Of a stretch of 52,684 bases of DNA, positions 17,732 to 26,973 are shown one piece after another (the first letter of the stretch is position 1; each line of letters begins with the position of its first letter). Below the pieces are notes generated by a model that saw only the letters and a program-made list of their open reading frames with translations, was not told where the DNA came from and ran no database searches. The DNA is from a virus. The DNA lies in IMG/VR virus record IMGVR_UViG_3300044455_000043, positions 1-52,684 of that record; one strand, written 5' to 3'. The translations under genes and the position numbers were made by a program.

Positions 17732-20700
17732 ATGCCGACTGTCGAAGAAGTAGGGCCTTTTGCGGACCTCCTGCCAGACAATTTGCTTGGCGGCGAGAAC
17801 GGCCAGCCGGCATTCCAGACGGTCGGCGGTCGGTTCGAGCAGGTGCCACATGCCGAGATTGCTACTCCGACAGAGCTCGGCGCCTTTGCTGATTTGGTCC
17901 CGGCCGATGCGCCGTCGGCGCGCAGCATGGAAGGCGGCGACTATCTGGCGGGGAACCTCGGGCCGTTTACTGACCTGATCCCGGCGCCGAAGACCGAGAC
18001 GGAGAAAGCCGTCCGCGAGACGCCGGTATTCAATCCTCGGAACGAACAGATTCGGGCTGCACCGACATTCTTTGGAGAACTGCACGCTGGCAGACTCGGA
18101 AGCGCCTTTCACTTAGCGAAAGAGATGATCGTCAATGCGTTACCGGAGGAGCGCGGGTTGTCATGGGGTGAAGGTCCAAAGTCCCTACTCGGCACGACCG
18201 AAAGGCTGGAGGACGCTGTTATCAATCCAGACGATCCGCCTGAAATCGCATCGGCGAAGGCGCTCTACAACTCGACTCCCCTGCGAGCTGCGCGCGCTTT
18301 CATCAACGTCGCCAACCGGACGATGGCAGGGCTGACAACGCCTGGCATGATTCCACTGGCGGTGATTGGCGGCGGCGGCGGGATGGCCGGGAAACTGGTC
18401 GCTGGCGCTTTTGCGGGTGACATTGCCATGCACGCTCCAGAGACGTGGAAGGCGATTCAGGAGGCCGACAAGACCGAGCCGATGTCGCTGGAACGCTTCG
18501 AGACGGGCATGGATACCGTTTTGCAGGGGATGATGCTTCACGGCACAGCACGCCACGCCCTCAAGAAAACGCCTACAAAGCCCGCCAGCACGTCGGAACC
18601 AGCGCCGGCCGCAACGTCAGGGCCAGCTACGGAGACGGCACGCTACGCTGAGCCTGAGCGACCGATGGTGCCGATTAAGGAGATTCCGCCTGAAACTCCG
18701 CCTGCTCCTACCGTTCCCGAGAACGTGCGTCGCAATCCAGAGGTTGACCGTCTGATAAACGAGGAGCCGGTTGGCAACGATTGGACGAGGGCGACCGAGG
18801 AGATTCCCGAGGCCAGAGTTCAGCCGGAAGTCGCGCCAGAATCGCCGCGATCTCCCGCCGAGACTTCAACCGCTCCGGTTGAAACCATTGCTCGGGAGAC
18901 TCCCGTAGAGGTAGAACGTCCGCCACAGACCGAACCTGCCCGCGTTTCGCCGGAAGAACAAGCCGAATTGCAGCGGGATCTCGCGGAGGAGAGCGCGTTA
19001 CCGGAGACGGTCGAGCCGCCAGTCGAACCTGCGAAGCCTGCACCCGAGCCCAAAGTGCCGCCCGTCGTCGAACCCGCACCCGAGGTCGCACCGCTGGTTG
19101 TCGAGCCAGTTAAACCTGCGCCGGTCGCTCCGCAGAAGGTCGCGCCTCCGGTTACGCCAGAGGTTCGTAAGGCCGTGAATGCCCCAGACACGTCCTCCCA
19201 AAAACTGCGAGTTCAAAAGGCGTATCTTCTCGACGCGCTCGATGAGGCAGTTAAGAAAGCGCCGAGAGAGGAGGCGCTAACGGAGTCCGCTCGCGAATCA
19301 TTAAACGACGCGCGCAATACTCACTCCTCGCGATACCTGAGTGAAAGCGGCCAAGGCGAAAGAGCGAAAGACCTTGAAAACAAGTGGCAGGCTGTAAAGA
19401 GCACTGTTCCGACCATCGAGATTGAAGTGCCCGGCGATGGCACGTTCACCATCGTCAACACCACCGAGGCGATAAAGACATTCCGCGACCTTGTTAAAAA
19501 GAAATTCCCTTCGACCTCGGCAAAGCCTGACTCCCTCGGAGGGAATCTGCGCGCGACTGAGACGAAGATTGCTGCACCTGGCAAACCGAAAACGGAAAGC
19601 GATTTGGTTAAGATCGCACAGACCGCGGCGAGTAAGGATTTCGAGGGTCGGTTCGTGATTACGCACGTCAAGAGCGACGGCAAGACAATTACCGCAACAG
19701 ATGGTCGGCGGCTACTAATAGTTGAAGGTAAGGCCGGCGGCACCGAAGCGAAGCCCGTTTTTTACAACGAAGGCGGCAAGGCCGTTCCATTGATGGATAA
19801 GCGAGGAGAGGGCGCAACCAAGGGGAACTACCCAAATACCAAAGTCGTCACTCCGGACTATGGCCCAAAGAATGTCGTGGCCGAAGTGGACACCGCGGCT
19901 ATGCAAAAGCTGTTGGTGCAAGCGATGGAGATGACTAGCGACCGAAGCAAGTCCGTCAATCTGTGGATCGACAAGGAAGGGAAGATTGGCGTCACTAGCC
20001 AGCATCCCGATGTGGGAGAATTTGTCGGCGGAGAGGCAAACCCGGCAACTGCTAAGTTTGCGGCTTCCTACGATCCTCAATTTTTGCTCGACGGCATCCG
20101 AGCGGCACGCTCACTCGGACACGAAAAAGTCAGTTGGCAGCTAGACAAGAAACAGCCGGCGGAAAGCCCCGGCGTATTTACCGCAAAGGGAATGAAATAC
20201 GTCCTCATGCCGATGCGCATGGAAGCCGGAGGAGTTCACCCATTAGCCAAGGCGAAGATGGCCGTCGAAAGCAAGGCGTCGAAGATCAAACTGAAAGCGG
20301 AAAAAGAGGGCGGTTTCGTTTCCACTGATATCCTGAGCGAAGTCGCGGACTTCGGTCGCAGTATCTACAAAAAAGGGGTAACATTCGCAGAGTGGTCTGC
20401 CGAGATGGTGTCGCGTCTCGGGAGCAAGGTAAAGGCGCATCTGAAAAGCGTGTGGGACGGGATTCAGAAGATCACCGGCGACGAGCGCGGCGCGATCGGC
20501 GGCAACATCGGCCTGAATATCAAGGGAAAAAAGACACATCTGGACGCGGCGACGGCGAAGCACAGCGCCAAGCTTCAAGTGTCCGTGCGCGATGCTGAGC
20601 GCGCTGGGAAGGAAATCGGCAAGATCGCAAATGAGCGACGGCAGAACGCGATGAGCGTGTGGATGGAAGCCAAAGGCGATCCGGCGTTGCTCGCGCAGTG

Positions 20701-23005
20701 GGAGCAGGCCGGGAAAGGCAAGATGTTCAAACGCGCAGCCAAAGACGCGCAATCATTGAAGCCCGAGGAGATCGCGATGGCGCAAAAAGTCGCGCAGACT
20801 TTCGACGTTCTAGAGAAGCGCGGCAACACTTACGACGTTTTACAGGGGCACAAAGATAACTACGTGCCGCACGTTTGGGATGTGTCGAAAAAGTTTACGG
20901 GCATCGGCAGCGGCAAACTACAAGACCGTTTCAAATTCAACAAGGCGCGCACATTCGAGACGTTCTTTGAGGGTGACCAGGCTGGATTCAAGCCCAAGAC
21001 TCTCGCGATTGGGAAACTTCTCCCGAGCTACCTGCACGAGATGAATCGGGTGATTGCCGACCGGCAGTTCGTTCAAGACGTGACTTCGGGTACGGCGCCG
21101 GACGGTCGCCCGCTTGTCATCCCGCGCGGCAACGCAAAGACGGTGGACACAACCGACTACATCGTGCGCAATGCCGACGGTTCGCCCCTTCCGAAATTCA
21201 AGAAAGCCGTTTATGACACCGCTGCCGAGGCGCAGGCGGCATTGCTGCCGGGCCAGATCGTCGAGAAGCGGCCAACGTCCGCTGCGCTGGTCAACCCGAA
21301 AGGCTTTGCTTCGGCCAAGGACGCGGCCGGCAATCCGATCGAGCAAGGCGATTATCAAGTGACGAATCAGCCGGCGTTGTCGAATTGGCGATGGGTCGAG
21401 ACGGATCCGAAAGGCAATACGACCGTGCTGAAATCCGATCTTGCCGTTCATCCGAATCTGGCGAAACGGTTAAACTCGATGCTGGGACAGTCGGCGCTTC
21501 GCCAGTGGTACAATGAACCTTCCACTGGCCTCGCGACCATCCCGCGCGCGATTGCCAAGGGACTCGACACCGCGCAGTCAGTAATGAAGCGGGAAATGTT
21601 CGGTTCGCTGGCGCCGTTCCACCAGGTTCAAGAAGGAACGCATGCCGTCGGGCACATGGTCAATCCGTTCTTCGGCATCCCTGAAATGAGTCGTCCGACC
21701 GGAGCGCACATCGACGCGATGCAGCACGGACTAATGTTGATGCCCGAGAAGTTGGGTAGCAATTACTCCGAGGGGCTCGGTGGGCGAAACACGTTCTTGT
21801 CGCAACTCTCCAAGAAGTATGGAGGGAAGGCAGGGCGGGCGGTGTCCAACGTGCTCGATGGCTACCAGGATTATTTGTTCCACCAATATATTCCCGGCCT
21901 CAAATTCAAGACCTACGAGCACATGGTTCAGCGCAATGCCAAGCGTTACGCCAAGGAATTGGCGAGCGGTGAAGTCACGATGGGCGACGTGAAGATGCTT
22001 TCCGCGGAGCAATCGAACGCGGCTTACGGACACCTAAATTACAAGCTCCTTGACCGCAACCCAACCATTCAACACATCATGCAGTTAACGATGCTTGCCC
22101 CTGACTTTCTCGAAGCTCGCACCCGCTTCGTCGGACAGGCTTTGCGACCGAGCAAGGCAGGCTTTGAGCAGTTTCGCGCGATCGCGTTACTGGCAGCGAT
22201 TCAGGCCGGCAGCGCCTTTACGTTGTCCAAACTGATTCCCGAGGCCGAATACGATCCGAAACACCCGTTTGAATTGAGAGTCGGGAACCGCACCTACTTC
22301 ATGCGGAGCGTGCCGGAAGATTTGTTCCGCCTGTTCTTTAGTGGCACCGACAAAACCCGAGAGTTCGTCTCCGCGCGCATCAATCCGATGACGCAAAAGG
22401 CATGGCAGGCGGTGTCTGGTTTGAACTATCGCGGAGAAAAAGTGGATTGGACTGACACGATCGGAGAACTGGTCGCCAATTACATTCCGATCATGGCGCG
22501 ACCGTTGCCTGGCATCAATCAACTGACGGAAACCAGCCGAAACAATCCGGTTTCTCCGCTCGAGCAATGGGCGGGTTCTGCCGGCCTCAAGATCAGCCGA
22601 TATTCCCCTATCTCGAAAACCTATCAGATGGCGAAAGAATGGAAGGCCGAGAAAGGGTTGCCCGATGACGCCGGCTCCTATCCTGTCTCAAAATATCAGC
22701 AACTCCGGTACGCCTTGGAGGACAACGATTCTGAGAAAGCGTTGAAGGAATTTCAAAAGCTGCGCGCCTCTGGCATGGAACGGTCGAAGATCACCAGCGG
22801 CTTCAAGGAAAGCTTGCACCATTCCTTTACCGGCTCGCGTAAGACCGATGCCGAGTTTCGGGATTCACTGCCGAAGCACAAGCGGGCACTCTACGATCTC
22901 GCGGTTGAACGTCGGAAGAACATTCTCGATCGGTACAACAAGATCACGTGGCCTACCTCATCCTCTGAATCAACCGACTCGACGATTGTCGTTCCTTCGG
23001 AGTGA
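17732..23005 (+). CDS. Giant multidomain virion-module protein, 1757 aa (ejection or polyvalent-protein candidate).
   Basis: ATG 17732 lies 5 nt after the upstream stop; the tracked TTG at 17696 overlaps the previous gene. Domains in order: three G(P/A)F(A/T)DL(L/V/I)P motifs, a Gly-zipper hydrophobic segment, a P/E/A/V-rich linker, a DnaN-like domain, and a helical C-terminal region of about 900 aa. Confidence 0.6.
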   Translation: MPTVEEVGPFADLLPDNLLGGENGQPAFQTVGGRFEQVPHAEIATPTELGAFADLVPADAPSARSMEGGDYLAGNLGPFTDLIPAPKTETEKAVRETPVFNPRNEQIRAAPTFFGELHAGRLGSAFHLAKEMIVNALPEERGLSWGEGPKSLLGTTERLEDAVINPDDPPEIASAKALYNSTPLRAARAFINVANRTMAGLTTPGMIPLAVIGGGGGMAGKLVAGAFAGDIAMHAPETWKAIQEADKTEPMSLERFETGMDTVLQGMMLHGTARHALKKTPTKPASTSEPAPAATSGPATETARYAEPERPMVPIKEIPPETPPAPTVPENVRRNPEVDRLINEEPVGNDWTRATEEIPEARVQPEVAPESPRSPAETSTAPVETIARETPVEVERPPQTEPARVSPEEQAELQRDLAEESALPETVEPPVEPAKPAPEPKVPPVVEPAPEVAPLVVEPVKPAPVAPQKVAPPVTPEVRKAVNAPDTSSQKLRVQKAYLLDALDEAVKKAPREEALTESARESLNDARNTHSSRYLSESGQGERAKDLENKWQAVKSTVPTIEIEVPGDGTFTIVNTTEAIKTFRDLVKKKFPSTSAKPDSLGGNLRATETKIAAPGKPKTESDLVKIAQTAASKDFEGRFVITHVKSDGKTITATDGRRLLIVEGKAGGTEAKPVFYNEGGKAVPLMDKRGEGATKGNYPNTKVVTPDYGPKNVVAEVDTAAMQKLLVQAMEMTSDRSKSVNLWIDKEGKIGVTSQHPDVGEFVGGEANPATAKFAASYDPQFLLDGIRAARSLGHEKVSWQLDKKQPAESPGVFTAKGMKYVLMPMRMEAGGVHPLAKAKMAVESKASKIKLKAEKEGGFVSTDILSEVADFGRSIYKKGVTFAEWSAEMVSRLGSKVKAHLKSVWDGIQKITGDERGAIGGNIGLNIKGKKTHLDAATAKHSAKLQVSVRDAERAGKEIGKIANERRQNAMSVWMEAKGDPALLAQWEQAGKGKMFKRAAKDAQSLKPEEIAMAQKVAQTFDVLEKRGNTYDVLQGHKDNYVPHVWDVSKKFTGIGSGKLQDRFKFNKARTFETFFEGDQAGFKPKTLAIGKLLPSYLHEMNRVIADRQFVQDVTSGTAPDGRPLVIPRGNAKTVDTTDYIVRNADGSPLPKFKKAVYDTAAEAQAALLPGQIVEKRPTSAALVNPKGFASAKDAAGNPIEQGDYQVTNQPALSNWRWVETDPKGNTTVLKSDLAVHPNLAKRLNSMLGQSALRQWYNEPSTGLATIPRAIAKGLDTAQSVMKREMFGSLAPFHQVQEGTHAVGHMVNPFFGIPEMSRPTGAHIDAMQHGLMLMPEKLGSNYSEGLGGRNTFLSQLSKKYGGKAGRAVSNVLDGYQDYLFHQYIPGLKFKTYEHMVQRNAKRYAKELASGEVTMGDVKMLSAEQSNAAYGHLNYKLLDRNPTIQHIMQLTMLAPDFLEARTRFVGQALRPSKAGFEQFRAIALLAAIQAGSAFTLSKLIPEAEYDPKHPFELRVGNRTYFMRSVPEDLFRLFFSGTDKTREFVSARINPMTQKAWQAVSGLNYRGEKVDWTDTIGELVANYIPIMARPLPGINQLTETSRNNPVSPLEQWAGSAGLKISRYSPISKTYQMAKEWKAEKGLPDDAGSYPVSKYQQLRYALEDNDSEKALKEFQKLRASGMERSKITSGFKESLHHSFTGSRKTDAEFRDSLPKHKRALYDLAVERRKNILDRYNKITWPTSSSESTDSTIVVPSE
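19601..20221 (+). other. DnaN (DNA polymerase III beta sliding clamp)-like domain inside the giant protein.
   Basis: ITATDGRRLLIV resembles E. coli DnaN VATDGHRLAV. GNYPNTKVVTPDY resembles GRFPDYRRVLP. ASYDPQFLLDGI resembles GFNVSYVLDVL. YVLMPMRM resembles YVVMPMRL. The blocks occur in the same order and with similar spacing. Confidence 0.65.
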
Positions 23006-23738
23006 GCCGAGGATAGAGCCGCATTATCAGCGTTCTCGACGTAGGTCCGTCCGGGGTGTAAACGCAGTTCGGCCTCTGGACAATCGAGTTGGGATCGAAC
23101 TCAAAGCTCTCCTGAATCAGCGGCATCCCGAGGCCGGCCGCAATCCAGTACGGAGCGGATTGATTCCCGATGAACAGCTTCGCCCCTCGAATCACCATTG
23201 CCAGTTCGAGCAGATTCGCGGTCGGCTGATGCGGGAAGTTCCAATGCGTCTCTTTCTGCAATGCGACGTGCTCAGTCGGCAGACCGACAAAGACGACCGG
23301 CGCGTTCTTCACGATCAGTTCCGGCCAAGGGAAGAAGAAGTTGTGATACCGCAGGCTGCGCGCGATTACAGTTTTGTCATGTTGCACGAAGTCCGGCACG
23401 GTCAGCCACGGATCCAAGTCGATCTCGACGCCGACATACCGCGCCTGCCAGGTCGCCAGATTCTCGCCCTTTTTGAACGGAAGCTGCCGGAAGTGCGAGA
23501 GATCGTGCGTAATGCCCTGTGGCTCGTCCTGCCATTCGACCCCGGTCACATAAGGCTGGGCCAATAAAAGCGGCCGTATCGCCTCGTAGCGAGCGCCACG
23601 CATCGTTTCCCGAGGGCTTCGTCCTCTGTCCTTGAACTTGGACTCGGAGATTACGATGTCGCCGCCGCCGAGGGCGCGGAGGATAGGGAGCGAGGCAATC
23701 ACATCCCCGAGGTCGCCTTGGTGCTGTAGCCGGATCAT
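22953..23738 (-). CDS. Glycosyltransferase family 9 (heptosyltransferase)-like protein, 261 aa.
   Basis: N-terminal GDLGDVIASLPILRAL and C-terminal LLELAMVIRGAKLFIGNQSAPYWIAAGLGMPLI match GT9 signatures. Strong AAGGAGGG Shine-Dalgarno sequence. Confidence 0.6.
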   Translation of the reverse strand: MIRLQHQGDLGDVIASLPILRALGGGDIVISESKFKDRGRSPRETMRGARYEAIRPLLLAQPYVTGVEWQDEPQGITHDLSHFRQLPFKKGENLATWQARYVGVEIDLDPWLTVPDFVQHDKTVIARSLRYHNFFFPWPELIVKNAPVVFVGLPTEHVALQKETHWNFPHQPTANLLELAMVIRGAKLFIGNQSAPYWIAAGLGMPLIQESFEFDPNSIVQRPNCVYTPDGPTSRTLIMRLYPRLTPKERQSSSRLIQRMR

Positions 23739-23883
23739 TCCCGACCCTCCTTATTGGGCCGTCCGATAACTATTTCAGAACGATAGCATTCGTATCGAAA
23801 GATATTATCGAGTGATAAAGCGGCCACGAATAACCTCCACCGTATCCGCGGCGTTTTCTCAAATGCAAATATCCACTTTCGAT

Positions 23884-24519
23884 TCATGGCTTATCCATCT
23901 CAAAACTTCCGCTTTCGCTGGCGAAGCGATCAAGGTGCCGCAGTTCCGGCACGTCGCTGCATCCGAATTGCATCACGCGAAAGCCGACGAACCCAGCCTG
24001 CTCTGCCAGCATTCGGAGCAGGCGTTCGTCGAACAGGACCGTGTGCTCCCATCCTCGCGCGAACGCCATGAACCGTGTCGCTGCGCAGTCCGGCCCTGTC
24101 ACCTTGAAGTCCGGCCCGTAAACGCCCTTCAAATCGTCGCCTTCGACGTAGAGCTTGGCGACCTTCATCAGATCGGGGACGACAAGGCGAAGGGTGCCGC
24201 CGGGTTTCAGGATTTTGTGTGCCACAGAAAAGAATTTCGTCACACCTTCCGGCCATGACAGGTGCTCTATTGAGTGCAGGCTTATGATCCCGTCAACCGA
24301 ATCGGCAAGATCCAATTCGAGATAGTCCATCACTACGTCCGGTTGATGCGATTGCTCTTTATCAATGTTGATCCACTCGACGCCATCCTGCCGGATGTGA
24401 CATTTTCCTGACCCTAAATTAAGGAATCGCTTCATTGGAACTCGGGCAGCGTTTTCCATGTAACAACGTACATGTAATGAGAATAAAACGTCATGGTGTT
24501 CGCCTTTGGATTTCGCCAT
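23884..24519 (-). CDS. Class I SAM-dependent methyltransferase, about 211 aa. The start is uncertain (alternatives at 24459 and 24435).
   Basis: FLNLGSG (motif I), IISLHSIEHL and ILKPGGTLRLVVPD are Methyltransf_11/23-type signatures. Confidence 0.65.
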   Translation of the reverse strand: MAKSKGEHHDVLFSLHVRCYMENAARVPMKRFLNLGSGKCHIRQDGVEWINIDKEQSHQPDVVMDYLELDLADSVDGIISLHSIEHLSWPEGVTKFFSVAHKILKPGGTLRLVVPDLMKVAKLYVEGDDLKGVYGPDFKVTGPDCAATRFMAFARGWEHTVLFDERLLRMLAEQAGFVGFRVMQFGCSDVPELRHLDRFASESGSFEMDKP

Positions 24520-24594
24520 TGCCAAACCCCGAAGGCGATAGAGTGGTACGCCATCACCGCGCACAACAGTAAATAAAGGCAGTGATTAACGCCT

Positions 24595-25206
24595 TCATTT
24601 CAGATACTTCCTGAAAACCTCAACCCGTTTCTCGACCGTCATGCCGGGAAGGTGCATCGCGAAATCACCGGGAGTCCAGTTGCCTTCGGTTGTCGCTGGC
24701 ATGTCGTAATCCTCGTAGGCGTACGAATTGAACCGCTTCTGAGGAACGTGCGTCACCAAGCACCGCTCGCAGTCCCGCATCGCCTCGACAATCGCGTGCT
24801 GCTCGCTGCCAATGTCCGCTCGATCCCGCATGTGCCAGGCGTCGGACAAGATCACTCGCGCAGCTACCGAATTGCGAACGAAGAACACCCCGAGGTTCGG
24901 CCCGTTCATGTCGTGCGACAAAACGAAGTCAGATTGAATCGGCACGTCGATCAGAAATTCCTCCAGCTTGAGCATCGGATTCGTAATCAGCACGTCCGAG
25001 TCGATGAAGAACGACCAGTTGTTTTCGTGCAGATTTTCCAAGAGCAGTGGAATCTTGTCCCACACAATCCGCTGAGTGGACAGGCGCTCCGTCGCGACGG
25101 TCAGCGGGTAGCCGTGACGCTCGCAGTAGGCTCGCAGGACCGGCACCGTAATGTCGGCGACCGGCTGGAATAGAGAATCGTGGAAGGTGAATACTCCGAT
25201 TGTCAT
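24595..25206 (-). CDS. GT-A glycosyltransferase resembling the GT34 / GMA12-MNN10 family, 203 aa.
   Basis: WDKIPLL, the DxD-type IDSDVLI, NLGVFFVRNS, EQHAIVEAM and GDFAMHLPG. ATGA overlap with the upstream gene. Confidence 0.5.
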   Translation of the reverse strand: MTIGVFTFHDSLFQPVADITVPVLRAYCERHGYPLTVATERLSTQRIVWDKIPLLLENLHENNWSFFIDSDVLITNPMLKLEEFLIDVPIQSDFVLSHDMNGPNLGVFFVRNSVAARVILSDAWHMRDRADIGSEQHAIVEAMRDCERCLVTHVPQKRFNSYAYEDYDMPATTEGNWTPGDFAMHLPGMTVEKRVEVFRKYLK

Positions 25207-26006
25207 ACGGTTGGCAGTTCTAGGCACGCAACGTCATTTGGTCCGCAAATCCCCTGCTTGAGAATGAAGTCGCGGACCATCGGATACGGCATCGAGTTGA
25301 GAGATTTCAAAACTCCGCGTCGGTAGGTTTGCCAGCTTATCACCATGTAGTCGTCCCAATTCGCAGGAGGGTAGAGAACGCCGCCGAGCCTCCCGAGAAC
25401 ATGTTCCAGCGCAGGCGCGTGACCGTACTTCGCGAACCGTTTATCTTCGTTCACAACCGCCTCGTCGAGCTTCACGAAGTCCAACGTCTCGCGTTTGCAG
25501 ATGAAGAACCGCGTCGAAGCCCAATACATCTTGTGCTCAGCAAGCGTCATCGTCGTCGGCTGGCAAACGAACTGGTACCCGTCGTCCAGCCACCGGAGAT
25601 ATTGCGATACGATGTCAGAGTTGGGATCGCGGAACGCTGCGCAGTCCTGGTCGAAGTGCGCGACGTAGCTCCCGGTAGCGAGCTTGAGCGCAGCCACCGT
25701 GATCTTGTCGTACCAGAATTTGCTTTTCCTTTCGTGCGGCTGGCAAATAAACGTGTCGATCTCGCCGCGGCGGATCATCTCGTGGATCTCAGACTGCACT
25801 GAATCAGGCAGCGGTTCGTGTTCGTCGCACGCAACGATGACCTCGACAGTGTGGCCGGCGAAGAATTGAATCTTGTTCCGAATCCCGTCCGTCAACAGGT
25901 CGTAACTGCGAACGCCTTGCAAGGAACCGGGGCCGAAGTCACCGACGGTGCTTTGCTCGGCACCGGCACCTTTGCGAGAATCAACGTTACAGACTATCGA
26001 GATCAT
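25203..26006 (-). CDS. GT-A-like (GT2-type) putative glycosyltransferase, 267 aa.
   Basis: N-terminal ISIVCNVDSR and the DxD-type HFDQDCAAF. ATGA overlaps at both ends. Confidence 0.4.
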   Translation of the reverse strand: MISIVCNVDSRKGAGAEQSTVGDFGPGSLQGVRSYDLLTDGIRNKIQFFAGHTVEVIVACDEHEPLPDSVQSEIHEMIRRGEIDTFICQPHERKSKFWYDKITVAALKLATGSYVAHFDQDCAAFRDPNSDIVSQYLRWLDDGYQFVCQPTTMTLAEHKMYWASTRFFICKRETLDFVKLDEAVVNEDKRFAKYGHAPALEHVLGRLGGVLYPPANWDDYMVISWQTYRRGVLKSLNSMPYPMVRDFILKQGICGPNDVACLELPTV

Positions 26007-26695
26007 TCGTGTTCCCCAGGCGGTAGGTCAGTATTGAAACTCGGCTCATCCTTGATTTTCTCGCAGAGCGCGATGAAAACTCCGTTCCACCAAATTTTGT
26101 CGTCCTGCTTCCGCTTTCCGCTCAGCTTCCACTCCTGCACGATCTTCACTTTGCCTTCAAGAGTCTCGAAGCCAGTCTTTACCCCGGCGGAAACTTGCGG
26201 CCAGTGAAAATCATCGACGATGAAGATGAAGCGGTCGGCGAGCAGGTCAAAGAAAGCAGGAAGCGCGTTTGATGTAGGCTCGAAATCGTGATGGCCGTCG
26301 TAGCAAAATACGTCGTAACGACTGCCGATCTCTTCCGGCTTCTCGGCCAGCTCGAAACAATCTCCCTCGATGAAGTGAACGTAATTCCCGGTGTCTCGCC
26401 ACTTCTGTAGATTTGCGGCCAGTTCTTCCCGCACTCCCTGGCGGGAAAAGTCCTGCGCGAAGTTGTCGATCCCGACTGCCGCAGTGCAGAGGTTTTTGTT
26501 GAACGCCGCGATGAACGTCCCACCGCAATACACGCCGACTTCAAGATAATGCAGCCCGTCGATGTTGCACAGGTTGGAAAATAAATGGCGCATTGCGGGG
26601 GTACTAAAGCCGTGAATCTTTAGAACCTCGGGGTCGAGATGGCTCTCGCCTTTCAGGGCGCGGGCGATACTGGAATTGATGTGCTCGGGTGTCAT
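26003..26695 (-). CDS. Class I SAM-dependent methyltransferase (Methyltransf_24 / TylF-CmcI-like), 230 aa.
   Basis: YLEVGVYCGGTFIAAF, AVGIDNF, FIEGDCFE and YDVFCYDGHHDFE. The start was chosen at the ATGA overlap (26695). Confidence 0.55.
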   Translation of the reverse strand: MTPEHINSSIARALKGESHLDPEVLKIHGFSTPAMRHLFSNLCNIDGLHYLEVGVYCGGTFIAAFNKNLCTAAVGIDNFAQDFSRQGVREELAANLQKWRDTGNYVHFIEGDCFELAEKPEEIGSRYDVFCYDGHHDFEPTSNALPAFFDLLADRFIFIVDDFHWPQVSAGVKTGFETLEGKVKIVQEWKLSGKRKQDDKIWWNGVFIALCEKIKDEPSFNTDLPPGEHE

Positions 26696-26973
26696 TCGAT
26701 TACCTCGCGGACGTGGATGCACTTATCGCAGTGACTTCGATCTGATTGAATATCTGCGCTATCATTGCTTATGAAATGTATCCACCACTCTCTCGGCTTC
26801 GGTGGTTCGGGTTTAATCCGATATTCAAAGTGATCGAACATCCACCGGCAGGTTGGATCGGCACTGACAGGCATCCAATGTCGCCCACGAGTAGAGTGAT
26901 CTAACTGTCTCGCCTCTATTGGCTTTCCGTCGCGATGCGCTTCAAGAACCCGAATCATTTCGTTGTGAGTCAT
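26692..26973 (-). CDS. Hypothetical protein, 93 aa.
   Basis: ATGA overlaps at both ends. No motif was recognised. Confidence 0.4.
   Translation of the reverse strand: MTHNEMIRVLEAHRDGKPIEARQLDHSTRGRHWMPVSADPTCRWMFDHFEYRIKPEPPKPREWWIHFISNDSADIQSDRSHCDKCIHVREVIE

Noticed and set aside
22848-23567. A 239-aa + strand ORF overlapping the GT9-like gene.
   Set aside because: It is out of frame with the giant gene and antisense to a gene with clear GT9 motifs and a strong Shine-Dalgarno sequence. It shows shadow composition.
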